From Acidimicrobiia bacterium (lineage in GTDB: Bacteria > Actinomycetota > Acidimicrobiia > Spongiisociales > ZC4RG35): DNA of 64,000 bases. The stretch's first letter is position 1. Each line of letters starts with the position of its first letter. Below are positions 1 to 8,153 of the stretch, piece after piece. The position numbers and the translations under genes were made by a program. The notes beneath the pieces were generated by a model. The model made no database searches, was not told where the DNA came from, and saw only the letters and a list, made by a program, of their open reading frames with translations. The stretch covers positions 19,524 through 83,523 of the forward strand of contig DATGOV010000028.1 in the NCBI GenBank assembly GCA_035305585.1. The letters run 5' to 3'.

Positions 1-462
1 CTCCGCGACCTGCATCAGGCGCGGCTCCGGGTGGACATCAGCACGGTGAGCCCGAGCGATCTGGCCCGATTCATCGATGACGAGACCGACGCGATGCGCA
101 CCAAACGGGCCGAGGGCCTCATCGAGCGACTGCTCGCCGAGGCAGCCCGCGGCGGGGAGGCCGTGACCGGGCTGAGCGAAGTCCTCGAAGCGGTCAACGC
201 CCACGCCGTGGATCATTTGGTGGTCGCCGGTCCCTTCGCCAAGTCGGGTGTGATCTGTGACGCCTGTGGCTGGCTCGGTCGGGCCGAGGAGCAGTGTCCC
301 GTGTGCCAAGCTGACACGTTCGAGATCTCCGACGTCGTGGCGGCAGCGATGGATGCCACTGTCGAGGCAGGCGGGAAGGTCGACGTGGTCACCGTGGCGA
401 GCCCTCTCGATGCAGCCGGCGTGGGCGCCCTGTTGCGCTTCCGCCTCGGTGGCCAGGTGTGA
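1..462 (+). CDS. 5'-truncated gene (continues upstream of window); C-terminal fragment with eRF1/Pelota domain-3-like segment followed by a C4 zinc ribbon (bacterial eRF1-like, baeRF-type)
   Basis: Frame 1 is open from nt 1 (LRDLHQARLRVDIS...). The motif GEAVTGLSEVLEAVNAHAVDHLVV resembles eRF1/Pelota domain 3. It is followed by CDACGW...CPVCQ (CxxC...CxxC). Stop is at 460-462. Confidence 0.3.
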   Translation, partial: LRDLHQARLRVDISTVSPSDLARFIDDETDAMRTKRAEGLIERLLAEAARGGEAVTGLSEVLEAVNAHAVDHLVVAGPFAKSGVICDACGWLGRAEEQCPVCQADTFEISDVVAAAMDATVEAGGKVDVVTVASPLDAAGVGALLRFRLGGQV

Positions 463-463
463 G

Positions 464-1579
464 TTGACTGCGAGCCGGGTCCTGGTCGAGTTCGGACGGC
501 GCCTCCGCTCCGAGGGAGTGCCGGTGGGGCCCACCGTGGCTCGCGACCTCGCCTCGGCGGTGGAGGCGGTGGGTCTCGCCTCGGCCGAGGACACCTACCA
601 CGCCTTCCGCTCGCTGTGTGTCACCGGCGCCGACCAGTTCCCGATCTTCGACCGGGTCTTCTACGAGGTCTTCGGCGGGAGTGATCCCTCTTCCGGCCTC
701 TCCGTCGTGACCGAACGGACCCGCACCTGGACGATCAGAGCGGGGGACGCCGGCGAAGGAGAAGGCGACCAACCGTCCCCGGAGACGATGGTCGTGGGCG
801 CCTCTGCACAGGAGAGGCTGGGCCACAAGGACTTCTCCGAGTTGACCCCGGCCGAGGCGGCCGAGGTCCGCTCGCTCATCGCCTCGATGATGTGGCGGCC
901 GGCTGACACCTGGTCGCGTCGTCGTCGCCCTGCCCGGGCGGGCGATCGGCCCGATCCGCGGCGGACGCTCCGGCGGATGGTGTCGACGGAAGGCGACATG
1001 CTGATGCCGGCGTTCACAGAGCGACGGATCCGTCGACGGCCGCTCCTCTTCATCGCCGACATCTCCGGTTCGATGGAGCGGTACTCGGAGATGCTGCTCT
1101 ACTTCGCCCACGCTGCCCGTGGACGGTTGGGCCGACTGGAGGCGTTCGTCTTCTCGACACGGCTCACCCGCATCACGCGCCAGCTCTCCAGGCGCAGCCC
1201 CTCGGAGGCGATCGAGCGAGTGGCCGAAGCGGTGGAGGATTGGTCGGGGGGAACCAAGATCGGCGAAGCCCTTCGCACCTTCAACCGGCAATGGGCGCGG
1301 CGGGTGACCGCCGGCGGGCCGGTCGCCATCATCGTCTCCGACGGGTGGGACCGGGGCGATCCCTATCTCCTCGCGGAAGAGATCGCCCGCCTGCGTAGGA
1401 GCGTCCACCGGGTGGTCTGGCTCAACCCCTTGGCGTCTCGGCCCGGTTTCGCCCCCGAGACGAGAGGGATGCGGGCGGCACTGCCCCACATCGACGACTT
1501 CCTCCCGGCCGGTCGGCTCATCGACCTCGCTTCGGTCGTCGCCCTCCTAGAGTCGATTCCCGAGAGGAGGCTCCGATGA
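464..1579 (+). CDS. VWA domain protein, CoxE-like (molybdo-enzyme maturation)
   Basis: DISGSM MIDAS motif and a C-terminal region typical of CoxE-family VWA proteins (VWLNPL...). Candidate TTG start at 464, directly after the upstream stop. The ORF track places it in the 257..1579 frame. Confidence 0.7.
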   Translation: MTASRVLVEFGRRLRSEGVPVGPTVARDLASAVEAVGLASAEDTYHAFRSLCVTGADQFPIFDRVFYEVFGGSDPSSGLSVVTERTRTWTIRAGDAGEGEGDQPSPETMVVGASAQERLGHKDFSELTPAEAAEVRSLIASMMWRPADTWSRRRRPARAGDRPDPRRTLRRMVSTEGDMLMPAFTERRIRRRPLLFIADISGSMERYSEMLLYFAHAARGRLGRLEAFVFSTRLTRITRQLSRRSPSEAIERVAEAVEDWSGGTKIGEALRTFNRQWARRVTAGGPVAIIVSDGWDRGDPYLLAEEIARLRRSVHRVVWLNPLASRPGFAPETRGMRAALPHIDDFLPAGRLIDLASVVALLESIPERRLR

Positions 1580-1884
1580 GAGACGCGCTGGCGATACGGA
1601 AGGCGTGGAAGGAAGCGGGCCACGACGTGGCCGTCGCCACGGTGGTGAAGGTGGCCGGGCCGGCGCCGCGGCCGGTCGGGTCGAAGATGCTGGTCTCTTC
1701 GGCCGGGGACATCGAAGGCAGCGTCTCCGGCGGCTGCGTGGAGAACGACGTCTTCCTCCACGCCCAACGGGTGCTCGAGACCGGGACACCCACTCTCGTC
1801 ACCTACGGGATCTCCGACGACGAGGCGTTCGAAGTCGGCCTCGCCTGCGGCGGGACCATCCAGGTGTTCGTCGAGCCGTGGTGA
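1576..1884 (+). CDS. standalone XdhC/CoxI N-terminal-domain protein
   Basis: 102 aa, with a glycine-rich ...[13 protein letters not shown]... segment read as an XdhC_CoxI-type N-domain. Its stop overlaps the next start as GTGA. Confidence 0.65.
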   Translation: MRDALAIRKAWKEAGHDVAVATVVKVAGPAPRPVGSKMLVSSAGDIEGSVSGGCVENDVFLHAQRVLETGTPTLVTYGISDDEAFEVGLACGGTIQVFVEPW

Positions 1885-2657
1885 CCGGAGAGTCGATCGT
1901 CTCGGCCCTCGAGCGACTGGTCGCCGAGGAGAGGTTCGGTGCCCGTCTCACGGTGGTATCCGGCGAAGGTCTCGGGAAGGCGGCGGTCCTCGACCTCGAG
2001 GACGGTCTCGTCGCCGGTGAGCTGCCGCCTGATGCGGAAGTCGCGCTGGACGACGCCGCCGTCCTCGTCGACCGAGAGATGCCGGCCACCCTGGCATACG
2101 GCGACACCGAGGTGTTCATCGAGCCCGTCGTTCCCCGGGCCCGACTGGTGATCTTCGGGGCGGTGCATATCGCCCAGGCGCTGACCGATCATGCGTCGCT
2201 GCTCGGCTTCCACGTCACCGTCGTCGACGCCCGGGCCGCATTCGTCACGGAGGACCGCTTCCCTCGCGCCGACGAGTTGCTCGTCGGGTGGCCCGACGAC
2301 GTGGTCGACCGGGTCGCTCTGGATAGGCGCACGTCGGTCGTGGTGCTCAGTCACGACGCCCGTTTCGAGGATCCGCTGTGGCCCCTGGTGTTGGAACGGC
2401 CGGTTCGCTACATAGGAGCGATGGGGAGCAAGCGCACCGCTGCCCGCCGCCGCGAGAAGCTGTTGGCCGCCGGATTCGACGAAGCCACCGTCGACCGCAT
2501 CCACGGGCCGATCGGGCTCGAGATAGGCGCCGACTCGCCTCACGAAGTGGCGGTGGCCATCCTCGCCCAGATGATCGCCGAGCATCGTCGACCCCACGAG
2601 CCGCCGGAGCTCAAAGGCGAGCGGCGGCCATTGGTCCCGGCGCACAGACTCGGTTAG
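1881..2657 (+). CDS. xdhC: XdhC-family molybdenum cofactor insertion/accessory protein
   Basis: N-terminal XdhC_CoxI-like region plus a Rossmann-like C-domain ([13 protein letters not shown]...VLSHD...[13 protein letters not shown]). GTG start at 1881 overlaps the previous stop. Confidence 0.8.
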   Translation: MTGESIVSALERLVAEERFGARLTVVSGEGLGKAAVLDLEDGLVAGELPPDAEVALDDAAVLVDREMPATLAYGDTEVFIEPVVPRARLVIFGAVHIAQALTDHASLLGFHVTVVDARAAFVTEDRFPRADELLVGWPDDVVDRVALDRRTSVVVLSHDARFEDPLWPLVLERPVRYIGAMGSKRTAARRREKLLAAGFDEATVDRIHGPIGLEIGADSPHEVAVAILAQMIAEHRRPHEPPELKGERRPLVPAHRLG

Positions 2658-2723
2658 CGTCATCGGTGTGTCCACGGGAGTCAGGGTCCCCACCTGGGGT
2701 CTTCCTTCGCGTACGGAAGAACG

Positions 2724-3350
2724 ATGATCGTCGCCGCATTGGTCCTCGCCGCCGGCGGGTCGTCCCGACTCGGCCGGCCCAAGCAACTGGAACCGTGGGG
2801 TGACACCACGCTCCTCGGCCACGTCGTCGATCAGGTGCGGACCTACCCGGTCGACGAGATCTGGGTCGTCCTCGGGGCGGAGTTCGATCGGATCCTCGAC
2901 ACCGTCGACCTGACCGGGTGCAACGTGGTCGAGAACCCCGAGTGGGAGGAAGGCATTGCGTCATCTCTCCGTGTGGGCCTCGACGCCCTGATCCAGACCA
3001 GCCGCGCCGACGCCGCTTTGATCGTGATCGGCGATCAGCCGAACATCGACCGCCGCGTCGTGGAACAGGTCGTGGAGACCTTCACCGCTGCGAAGGTGCC
3101 GGTCGTGATCCCCAAGTACCGATACACGTGGGGCAACCCCGTGATGGTCGACCGGTCACTGTGGCCGCGGCTGATGAGCCTGGAGGGTGACGAGGGAGCT
3201 CAGCGCCTCTTCAAAGCGCACCCGGAGTGGGTGGAGGAGGTGTGGACGGACCAGCTCCCGCCGCGGGACGTGGACACGGAAGCCGATTTGGAGGAACTTC
3301 GCCCCCGGCAGGCCGGTAGCCTTGCCGAGGGGGGCGAGCCACCTCGGTAG
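2724..3350 (+). CDS. mocA: MobA-like nucleotidyltransferase (molybdenum cofactor cytidylyltransferase MocA-like)
   Basis: LAAGGSSRLG P-loop-like motif of the MobA/MocA family. Located downstream of xdhC. Confidence 0.75.
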   Translation: MIVAALVLAAGGSSRLGRPKQLEPWGDTTLLGHVVDQVRTYPVDEIWVVLGAEFDRILDTVDLTGCNVVENPEWEEGIASSLRVGLDALIQTSRADAALIVIGDQPNIDRRVVEQVVETFTAAKVPVVIPKYRYTWGNPVMVDRSLWPRLMSLEGDEGAQRLFKAHPEWVEEVWTDQLPPRDVDTEADLEELRPRQAGSLAEGGEPPR

Positions 3351-3389
3351 AGTGCCGGTTCGTTTGGAGACAGGAGACTTGGCGTAGCG

Positions 3390-3794
3390 ATGGCACGCAT
3401 CGATGAGATACGTTCGCTGCCCCACAAAGAGGCAACACGTCTTCGCAAGGCGGGTGTCCGGACGACAGAAGCGCTGCTGCGGCGCGCCTCCACGCGGTCG
3501 GGTCGAGCGGAGTTGTCCAAAGCGACGGGCATCCCCACATCCGATCTCCTGAAGTGGGTCAACCTGGCCGACCTCATGCGTGTGAAGGGAATAGGAGGTG
3601 AGTACGCCGAGCTCTTGTCTCTGTGCGGCGTGAACACGTTGCGAGAGCTCAAACGCCGCAACAGCGTCGCCCTGACCGCCAAGATCTTCTCCGTGAACGG
3701 ACGCAAGGACCTGGTCCGCCGCCTGCCCACCGAATCGATGGTGGACACGTGGATCCAGCGAGCGTCCGATCTGGAGCCGCTGGTCAAGCACTGA
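3390..3794 (+). CDS. DUF4332 (helix-hairpin-helix) domain protein
   Basis: 134 aa. The ...GIPTSDLLKWVNLADLMRVKGIGGEYAELL... pattern is typical of DUF4332. Confidence 0.65.
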   Translation: MARIDEIRSLPHKEATRLRKAGVRTTEALLRRASTRSGRAELSKATGIPTSDLLKWVNLADLMRVKGIGGEYAELLSLCGVNTLRELKRRNSVALTAKIFSVNGRKDLVRRLPTESMVDTWIQRASDLEPLVKH

Positions 3795-3802
3795 GCGATC
3801 GG

Positions 3803-3835
3803 CGGTAACAACGACGTGGGGCTCCCCGGCGGGGA
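3803..3835. terminator. GC-rich perfect hairpin between convergent genes (candidate bidirectional intrinsic terminator)
   Basis: gacgtggggctcccc-ggcg-gggagccccacgtc forms a 14-15 bp stem. It lies between the DUF4332 gene (+) and the hbhA-like gene (-). Confidence 0.5.
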
Positions 3836-3865
3836 GCCCCACGTCCCTTCGATCCGATCGCCGGC

Positions 3866-4432
3866 TCAGGCCGACTTCGTGGCGGGCTTTTCGGTCTCGG
3901 CCTTGTCGGCCTCGGTCTTCGCAGCTGCGGTCTTGGCCGGGGCCTTCTTGGCCGGAGCCTTCTTGGCAGCCGGCTTGGCCGCGGTCTTCGACGCAGCGGG
4001 CTTCTTCGCGGTGGTCTTGGCCGGAGCCTTCTTGGCGGGTGCCTTGGCAGCAGGCTTCTTCTCGGCGGCCTCGGCCTTGTCTTCGGCGGGCTCGGCCTTC
4101 TCGTCGGCTACTTCACCCTCCGGGCGGAAGGACGCCCGCCAAGTAGCCAGCATCTCCTCGAGCTGGTCACGCAGCTTGCCGACCTGCTCGCGGGCCTGGT
4201 CCAAGTCGACCTTGGCGGCGAGCTCATCGACCACCTTGCCGTCGGACACCTTGCCGACGACCTCGCGGCCTTCCTCTGCCCACTCCTCGACCAGCTTCTC
4301 GAAGCGGTCGGTGAGGTCCTCGGTGCGCTCACCCAGCGCCTTGCGCAGGGTCTCGAACCGGGCGTTCACGGCTTTGGCGGCGGCCACGGGGGCGCCGACT
4401 GCGGCATACAGCACGTCTTTCTTGCTCATCAT
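3866..4432 (-). CDS. HbhA-like / histone-like protein with Lys-Ala-Pro-rich C-terminal tail
   Basis: N-terminal coiled-coil region similar to mycobacterial HbhA. The C-terminus is KKAPAK/AAKKPA repeats encoded by a tandem DNA repeat (3870-4100). Confidence 0.7.
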   Translation of the reverse strand: MMSKKDVLYAAVGAPVAAAKAVNARFETLRKALGERTEDLTDRFEKLVEEWAEEGREVVGKVSDGKVVDELAAKVDLDQAREQVGKLRDQLEEMLATWRASFRPEGEVADEKAEPAEDKAEAAEKKPAAKAPAKKAPAKTTAKKPAASKTAAKPAAKKAPAKKAPAKTAAAKTEADKAETEKPATKSA

Positions 4433-4788
4433 GTCTCCTTCTCCGACGAGTTCTCTATGAGCGTTCGATACACTTCCAAGAGGACCTGCTTCTGCCGGGG
4501 GGTCAGTCGCTCGTCGGATTCGATCGCCTCCACCACCGTGGGGGGATCGGCCCCGTCTTCGATCAAACCCGCCCGGGAGTACAAGGTCTCTGCCGATATC
4601 GACAGAGCCCGCGACAACTGCTTCAAGATCTGAGCCGACGGCTTGCGGATTCCCCGCTCTATCTGGCTCAGATACGGGTTGGAGATCCCCGCCCGATCGG
4701 CGAGCCGGCGCAGCGAGAGGTTGGCCCGCTGCCGCTGCTGGCGGATGAACTCCCCGAGTTCGATAGTCGTGCGCTCCTCTTCGGACAC
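4429..4788 (-). CDS. XRE-family helix-turn-helix transcriptional regulator
   Basis: The HTH_3 motif LSLRRLADRAGISNPYLSQIERGIRKPS. Only the C-terminal 119 codons of the 457-aa track ORF look real. GTG start at 4786-4788. Divergent from aroG-tyrA. Confidence 0.6.
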   Translation of the reverse strand: MSEEERTTIELGEFIRQQRQRANLSLRRLADRAGISNPYLSQIERGIRKPSAQILKQLSRALSISAETLYSRAGLIEDGADPPTVVEAIESDERLTPRQKQVLLEVYRTLIENSSEKET

Positions 4789-4902
4789 ATCAACATCATA
4801 CAGCAATCTGCTAACTATTGCAAGCACTTTGGGCCGATATCGGGCCCGGTTGTGCTCGGAGGCGGATTGCGGGCAAACTGCTGGGAACGGAAAAGGGTGT
4901 CC

Positions 4903-5916
4903 ATGATCATCGTGATGAGCAAGTCCGCGACGGACGCAGAGGTCAAAACGGTCGTCGAGCGTCTGAAGTCGATCGGTTCTGAAGCCCACGTCTCCGTCGG
5001 CCAGTACCGCACAGTGATCGGCGCGTTGGGTGACCGCGAGGTCATCCGTCAGCTCCCGTGGGAAGCGATGCCGGGCGTAGAGCGGGCGGTACCGGTCCTG
5101 AAGCCGTTCAAGTTCGTGTCCCGGGACTTCCAGCCCGACGACACGATCATCGAGGTCCGAGGGGCGACCATCGGCGGAGGCACTTTCACCACCATCGCCG
5201 GACCCTGCGCGGTCGAGACCAGGGATCAGCTCTTCCGTACTGCCGAGGCGGTGAAGAAGGCCGGTGCCACCGTGCTGCGAGGCGACGCCTTCAAACCGCG
5301 GACCTCGCCGTACTCGTTCCAGGGACTGGGGGAGGAGGGTCTCCAACTCCTGGCCGAGGCCCGCGAGGAGTTCGACCTTCCCTTCGTCGCCGAAGTGCTC
5401 GACCCCCGTGACGTCTCGCTGGTGGCGTCCTATGCCGACATCCTCCGCATCGGCACCCGCAACATGGCCAACTTCACCCTCCTCACGGAGGTCGGCCGCC
5501 AGCCGAAGCCGGTGATGCTCAAGCGGGGGTTCACCGCCACGATCGAGGAGTGGCTGAACGCCGCCGAGTACGTCTACAAGGAAGGCAACCAGCAGATCAT
5601 CCTCGCCGAGCGGGGGATCCGCACCTTCGAGACGGCATCCCGCAACACGCTCGACATCACCGCCGTCCCGCTTCTCAAGGCGATGTCGCATCTGCCGGTG
5701 CTCGTCGACCCGTCGCACGCCGGCGGCAAACGGGAGTTGGTGGCCCCATTGGCCCGGGCGGCCGTGGCGGCAGGCGCCGACGCCATCATGGTCGACGTCC
5801 ATCCCACGCCCGACACCGCCCTCGTCGACGGCGCCCAGGCACTCTTGCCGTCCGAGTTCCTGGAGATCATGGAGTCGATCCGAGCGATCGCCGAGGCACT
5901 CGGCATCCCGACTTGA
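4903..5916 (+). CDS. aroG: 3-deoxy-7-phosphoheptulonate (DAHP) synthase, type I-beta, with N-terminal ferredoxin-like regulatory domain
   Basis: The KDSA/DAHPS core (IAGPCAVE...RGDAFKPRTSPYSFQGLG...DPSHAGG) is preceded by a ~70 aa regulatory domain. ATG at 4903 has an upstream RBS. Confidence 0.85.
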   Translation: MIIVMSKSATDAEVKTVVERLKSIGSEAHVSVGQYRTVIGALGDREVIRQLPWEAMPGVERAVPVLKPFKFVSRDFQPDDTIIEVRGATIGGGTFTTIAGPCAVETRDQLFRTAEAVKKAGATVLRGDAFKPRTSPYSFQGLGEEGLQLLAEAREEFDLPFVAEVLDPRDVSLVASYADILRIGTRNMANFTLLTEVGRQPKPVMLKRGFTATIEEWLNAAEYVYKEGNQQIILAERGIRTFETASRNTLDITAVPLLKAMSHLPVLVDPSHAGGKRELVAPLARAAVAAGADAIMVDVHPTPDTALVDGAQALLPSEFLEIMESIRAIAEALGIPT

Positions 5917-6935
5917 ACCGGGCGCTGATCCTCGGTACCGGCCTCATCGGGGCCTCGGTGGGCGCCGGCCTGTCCTCGCGGGGATGGCACGTCGCCGGCT
6001 GGGATCCCGTTGCCGCGGCACTGAACGAGGCCCGCGAGATGGGGGCGGTGGTCGAGACGGTTTCTGATCCGTTGACCGCCGCCCGAGAGTTCGATCTCGT
6101 CGTCCTCTGCGGGCCGGCGGCAGCGATCATCGAGACCTTGGGGTGTCTGGAGACAGATGCCCTCGTCACCGACGTGGCCGGCGTCAAGTCTCCCGTAGTG
6201 CGGGCGGCCCGCCACTTGCCCCGGTTCGTCGGGGGTCACCCGATGGCCGGCCGAGAGAGCTCCGGGCCCGGCGCGGCCACGGCCGCCATGTTCCGGGGGG
6301 CGGCATGGATCCTCACCGAAGACGGCGCCGACGAGTCGGACCTCAAGGCGATGGAAGAGACGGTCGAGGAGCTCGGCGCCTACCCGGTGCGCATGAGTGC
6401 GGCTGCTCACGACGCCGCGGTGGCCGCCGTCAGCCACCTTCCCCAGGTCGTGGCGTCAGCGCTCGTGAATCTCGTCGCTTCCGACGAGACCGCCTTGTCG
6501 CTGGCGGCGGGCGGATTCCGGGACGTGACCCGCATCGCTCTCTCCGAGCCGGGGTGGTGGACCGACATCCTCACCGAGAACCGCGAGCCGCTGAGCCGCC
6601 TCCTGCGTCGTCTCAGTGACGAGCTGGAGCAGTGGGCGGCCAGAGTCGAGACCGCCGACCGCTCGGGGGTGGCCCGGCGTCTCGAGACCGCCCGCGACAC
6701 CCGGAAGAGTCTGGCGCCGCCGGTGGCGGCGGTGAAAGTGCTCCTCGAGGACCGTCCCGGCGAGATCGCCCGCGTGGGTCATGCGCTCGCCGAAGCAGAA
6801 GTCGACGTCCGCGACCTCCAGCTCCGCCACGCCACCCAGGGAGGGGGCGGTGTGCTCACGCTCTCGGTCAAGCCGGGCCAAGAAGAGCGCCTCGCATCCG
6901 AACTCCGCAGAGAAGGCTTCCGCCTGGTCGATTGA
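5913..6935 (+). CDS. tyrA: prephenate dehydrogenase with C-terminal ACT domain
   Basis: GTGLIGASVG Rossmann motif and a C-terminal ACT-like segment. TTG start overlaps the aroG stop as TTGA. Confidence 0.8.
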   Translation: MNRALILGTGLIGASVGAGLSSRGWHVAGWDPVAAALNEAREMGAVVETVSDPLTAAREFDLVVLCGPAAAIIETLGCLETDALVTDVAGVKSPVVRAARHLPRFVGGHPMAGRESSGPGAATAAMFRGAAWILTEDGADESDLKAMEETVEELGAYPVRMSAAAHDAAVAAVSHLPQVVASALVNLVASDETALSLAAGGFRDVTRIALSEPGWWTDILTENREPLSRLLRRLSDELEQWAARVETADRSGVARRLETARDTRKSLAPPVAAVKVLLEDRPGEIARVGHALAEAEVDVRDLQLRHATQGGGGVLTLSVKPGQEERLASELRREGFRLVD

Positions 6936-6941
6936 CCTGCT

Positions 6942-8108
6942 TCAGGATGCCGAGAGCAACCGGAGGAGCGTGGCAGCCCCGGCCACCATGCCTGTCTCCA
7001 GGGCGGCCTCGTTGAAGACGAACCCGGCCGAGTGGAGGTCGCTCATCCCGTGGGTGGGTGCTGAGCCGAGGCGGAGCAGGGCGCCGGGCACGTGTTCGAG
7101 GTAACGGGAGAAGTCCTCGGCTCCCATGCTCGTATCGGTCGACGTCACCGCCTTCGGTCCCAGGGCCTCGGCGATCGCGACGCGAGCGATGTCGATGACG
7201 TGGGGATCGTTCACCACCGGGGGGATGCCCGTCTGGTGGGACACCGATGCCTTGGCTCCGATCGGCGCCACGATCTGGGAGGCGAGTTCCTCGAGGAGCA
7301 TGGGTATCTCGGTCCACAGGTCGCGATCGAGGGTGCGGACCGTGCCCCCCAGCTCCACGGCCGTGGGGATGACGTTGTAGGCGGTGCCGCCCTGGACACG
7401 GGCGAAGACGATCGTCAACGGGCGGCGGGGATCGACGACGCGGTCGAGGAGCGCCGGGAGCTCGGTGATCACCCGGCCCGCGGCGTAGATCAAGTCGACG
7501 GTGCGGTGCGGTCGGGCCGTGTGGCCGCCGGGACCCTCGAGGCGGATGGCGAAACGGTCCGCCGACCCGGTGACCGCGCCGGTGCGCAGGCCCACCTCTC
7601 CGACGGGGAGGGTCGGATCGACGTGGAACGCCACGATGGCCGACAAGCCCTCGGTGACCCCTTCCCGGACGAGGGTGAGAGCCCCGCCCGGGAACGACTC
7701 CTCACCGGGCTGGAACACGAACCGCACCCGGCCCGGCATGTCCAGCCGGGCGAGGATCAGAGCGATCCCGGCGGCGATGGCGGTGTGGGCGTCGTGCCCG
7801 CAGGCGTGCATCACCCCGGGGACCTGGGAGGCGTAGGGGTTGTCGGCGGGTTCCTGGATCGGAAGAGCGTCGAGATCGGCTCGGAACCCGACCATGTGTC
7901 CCGGCTGGCCCACCTCGACCGTCAGCCCGGTTCCTTCGGGCCGCACGACCGGCTCCAGACCCCGGTCGGCGAGCAGGTTCGCCACCCGCTGGGTCGTCGT
8001 GAACTCGTGGAAGGACAGCTCGGGGTGGCGGTGGATGGCACGCCTGAGTTCGGTGACGGCGGGAAGCACCTCGGCGACCAGTCCCCGCAGTTGCTCGGGG
8101 GAGATCAT
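6942..8108 (-). CDS. M20D-family amidohydrolase (N-acyl-amino acid amidohydrolase/hippurate hydrolase-like)
   Basis: HACGHD metal-binding motif and the overall M20D pattern. Confidence 0.8.
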   Translation of the reverse strand: MISPEQLRGLVAEVLPAVTELRRAIHRHPELSFHEFTTTQRVANLLADRGLEPVVRPEGTGLTVEVGQPGHMVGFRADLDALPIQEPADNPYASQVPGVMHACGHDAHTAIAAGIALILARLDMPGRVRFVFQPGEESFPGGALTLVREGVTEGLSAIVAFHVDPTLPVGEVGLRTGAVTGSADRFAIRLEGPGGHTARPHRTVDLIYAAGRVITELPALLDRVVDPRRPLTIVFARVQGGTAYNVIPTAVELGGTVRTLDRDLWTEIPMLLEELASQIVAPIGAKASVSHQTGIPPVVNDPHVIDIARVAIAEALGPKAVTSTDTSMGAEDFSRYLEHVPGALLRLGSAPTHGMSDLHSAGFVFNEAALETGMVAGAATLLRLLSAS

Positions 8109-8153
8109 GCGCCCAAGGCAGGATAGTTGCCCGGTCGTGCTTGACCCCGGAGG

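Noticed and set aside
389-1489. 366-aa minus-strand ORF (and many similar, e.g. 1803..2822-, 9186..10958+, 15959..17518+, 19618..20772+, 26482..29130+, 46357..49113+, 60059..62125-, 60370..61668+).
   Set aside because: Arg/Pro/Gly-rich translations typical of antisense or alternate frames in 70% GC DNA. Each overlaps a gene with clear family signatures on the other strand or frame.
1605-2657. 350-aa ORF read as a single long XdhC.
   Set aside because: Its first ~90 codons are an out-of-frame read through the XdhC N-domain ORF (1576..1884). The real XdhC starts at GTG 1881 (GTGA coupling).
4429-5802. 457-aa minus-strand ORF.
   Set aside because: Only the C-terminal 119 codons (XRE HTH regulator) look real. 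The rest is antisense to aroG.
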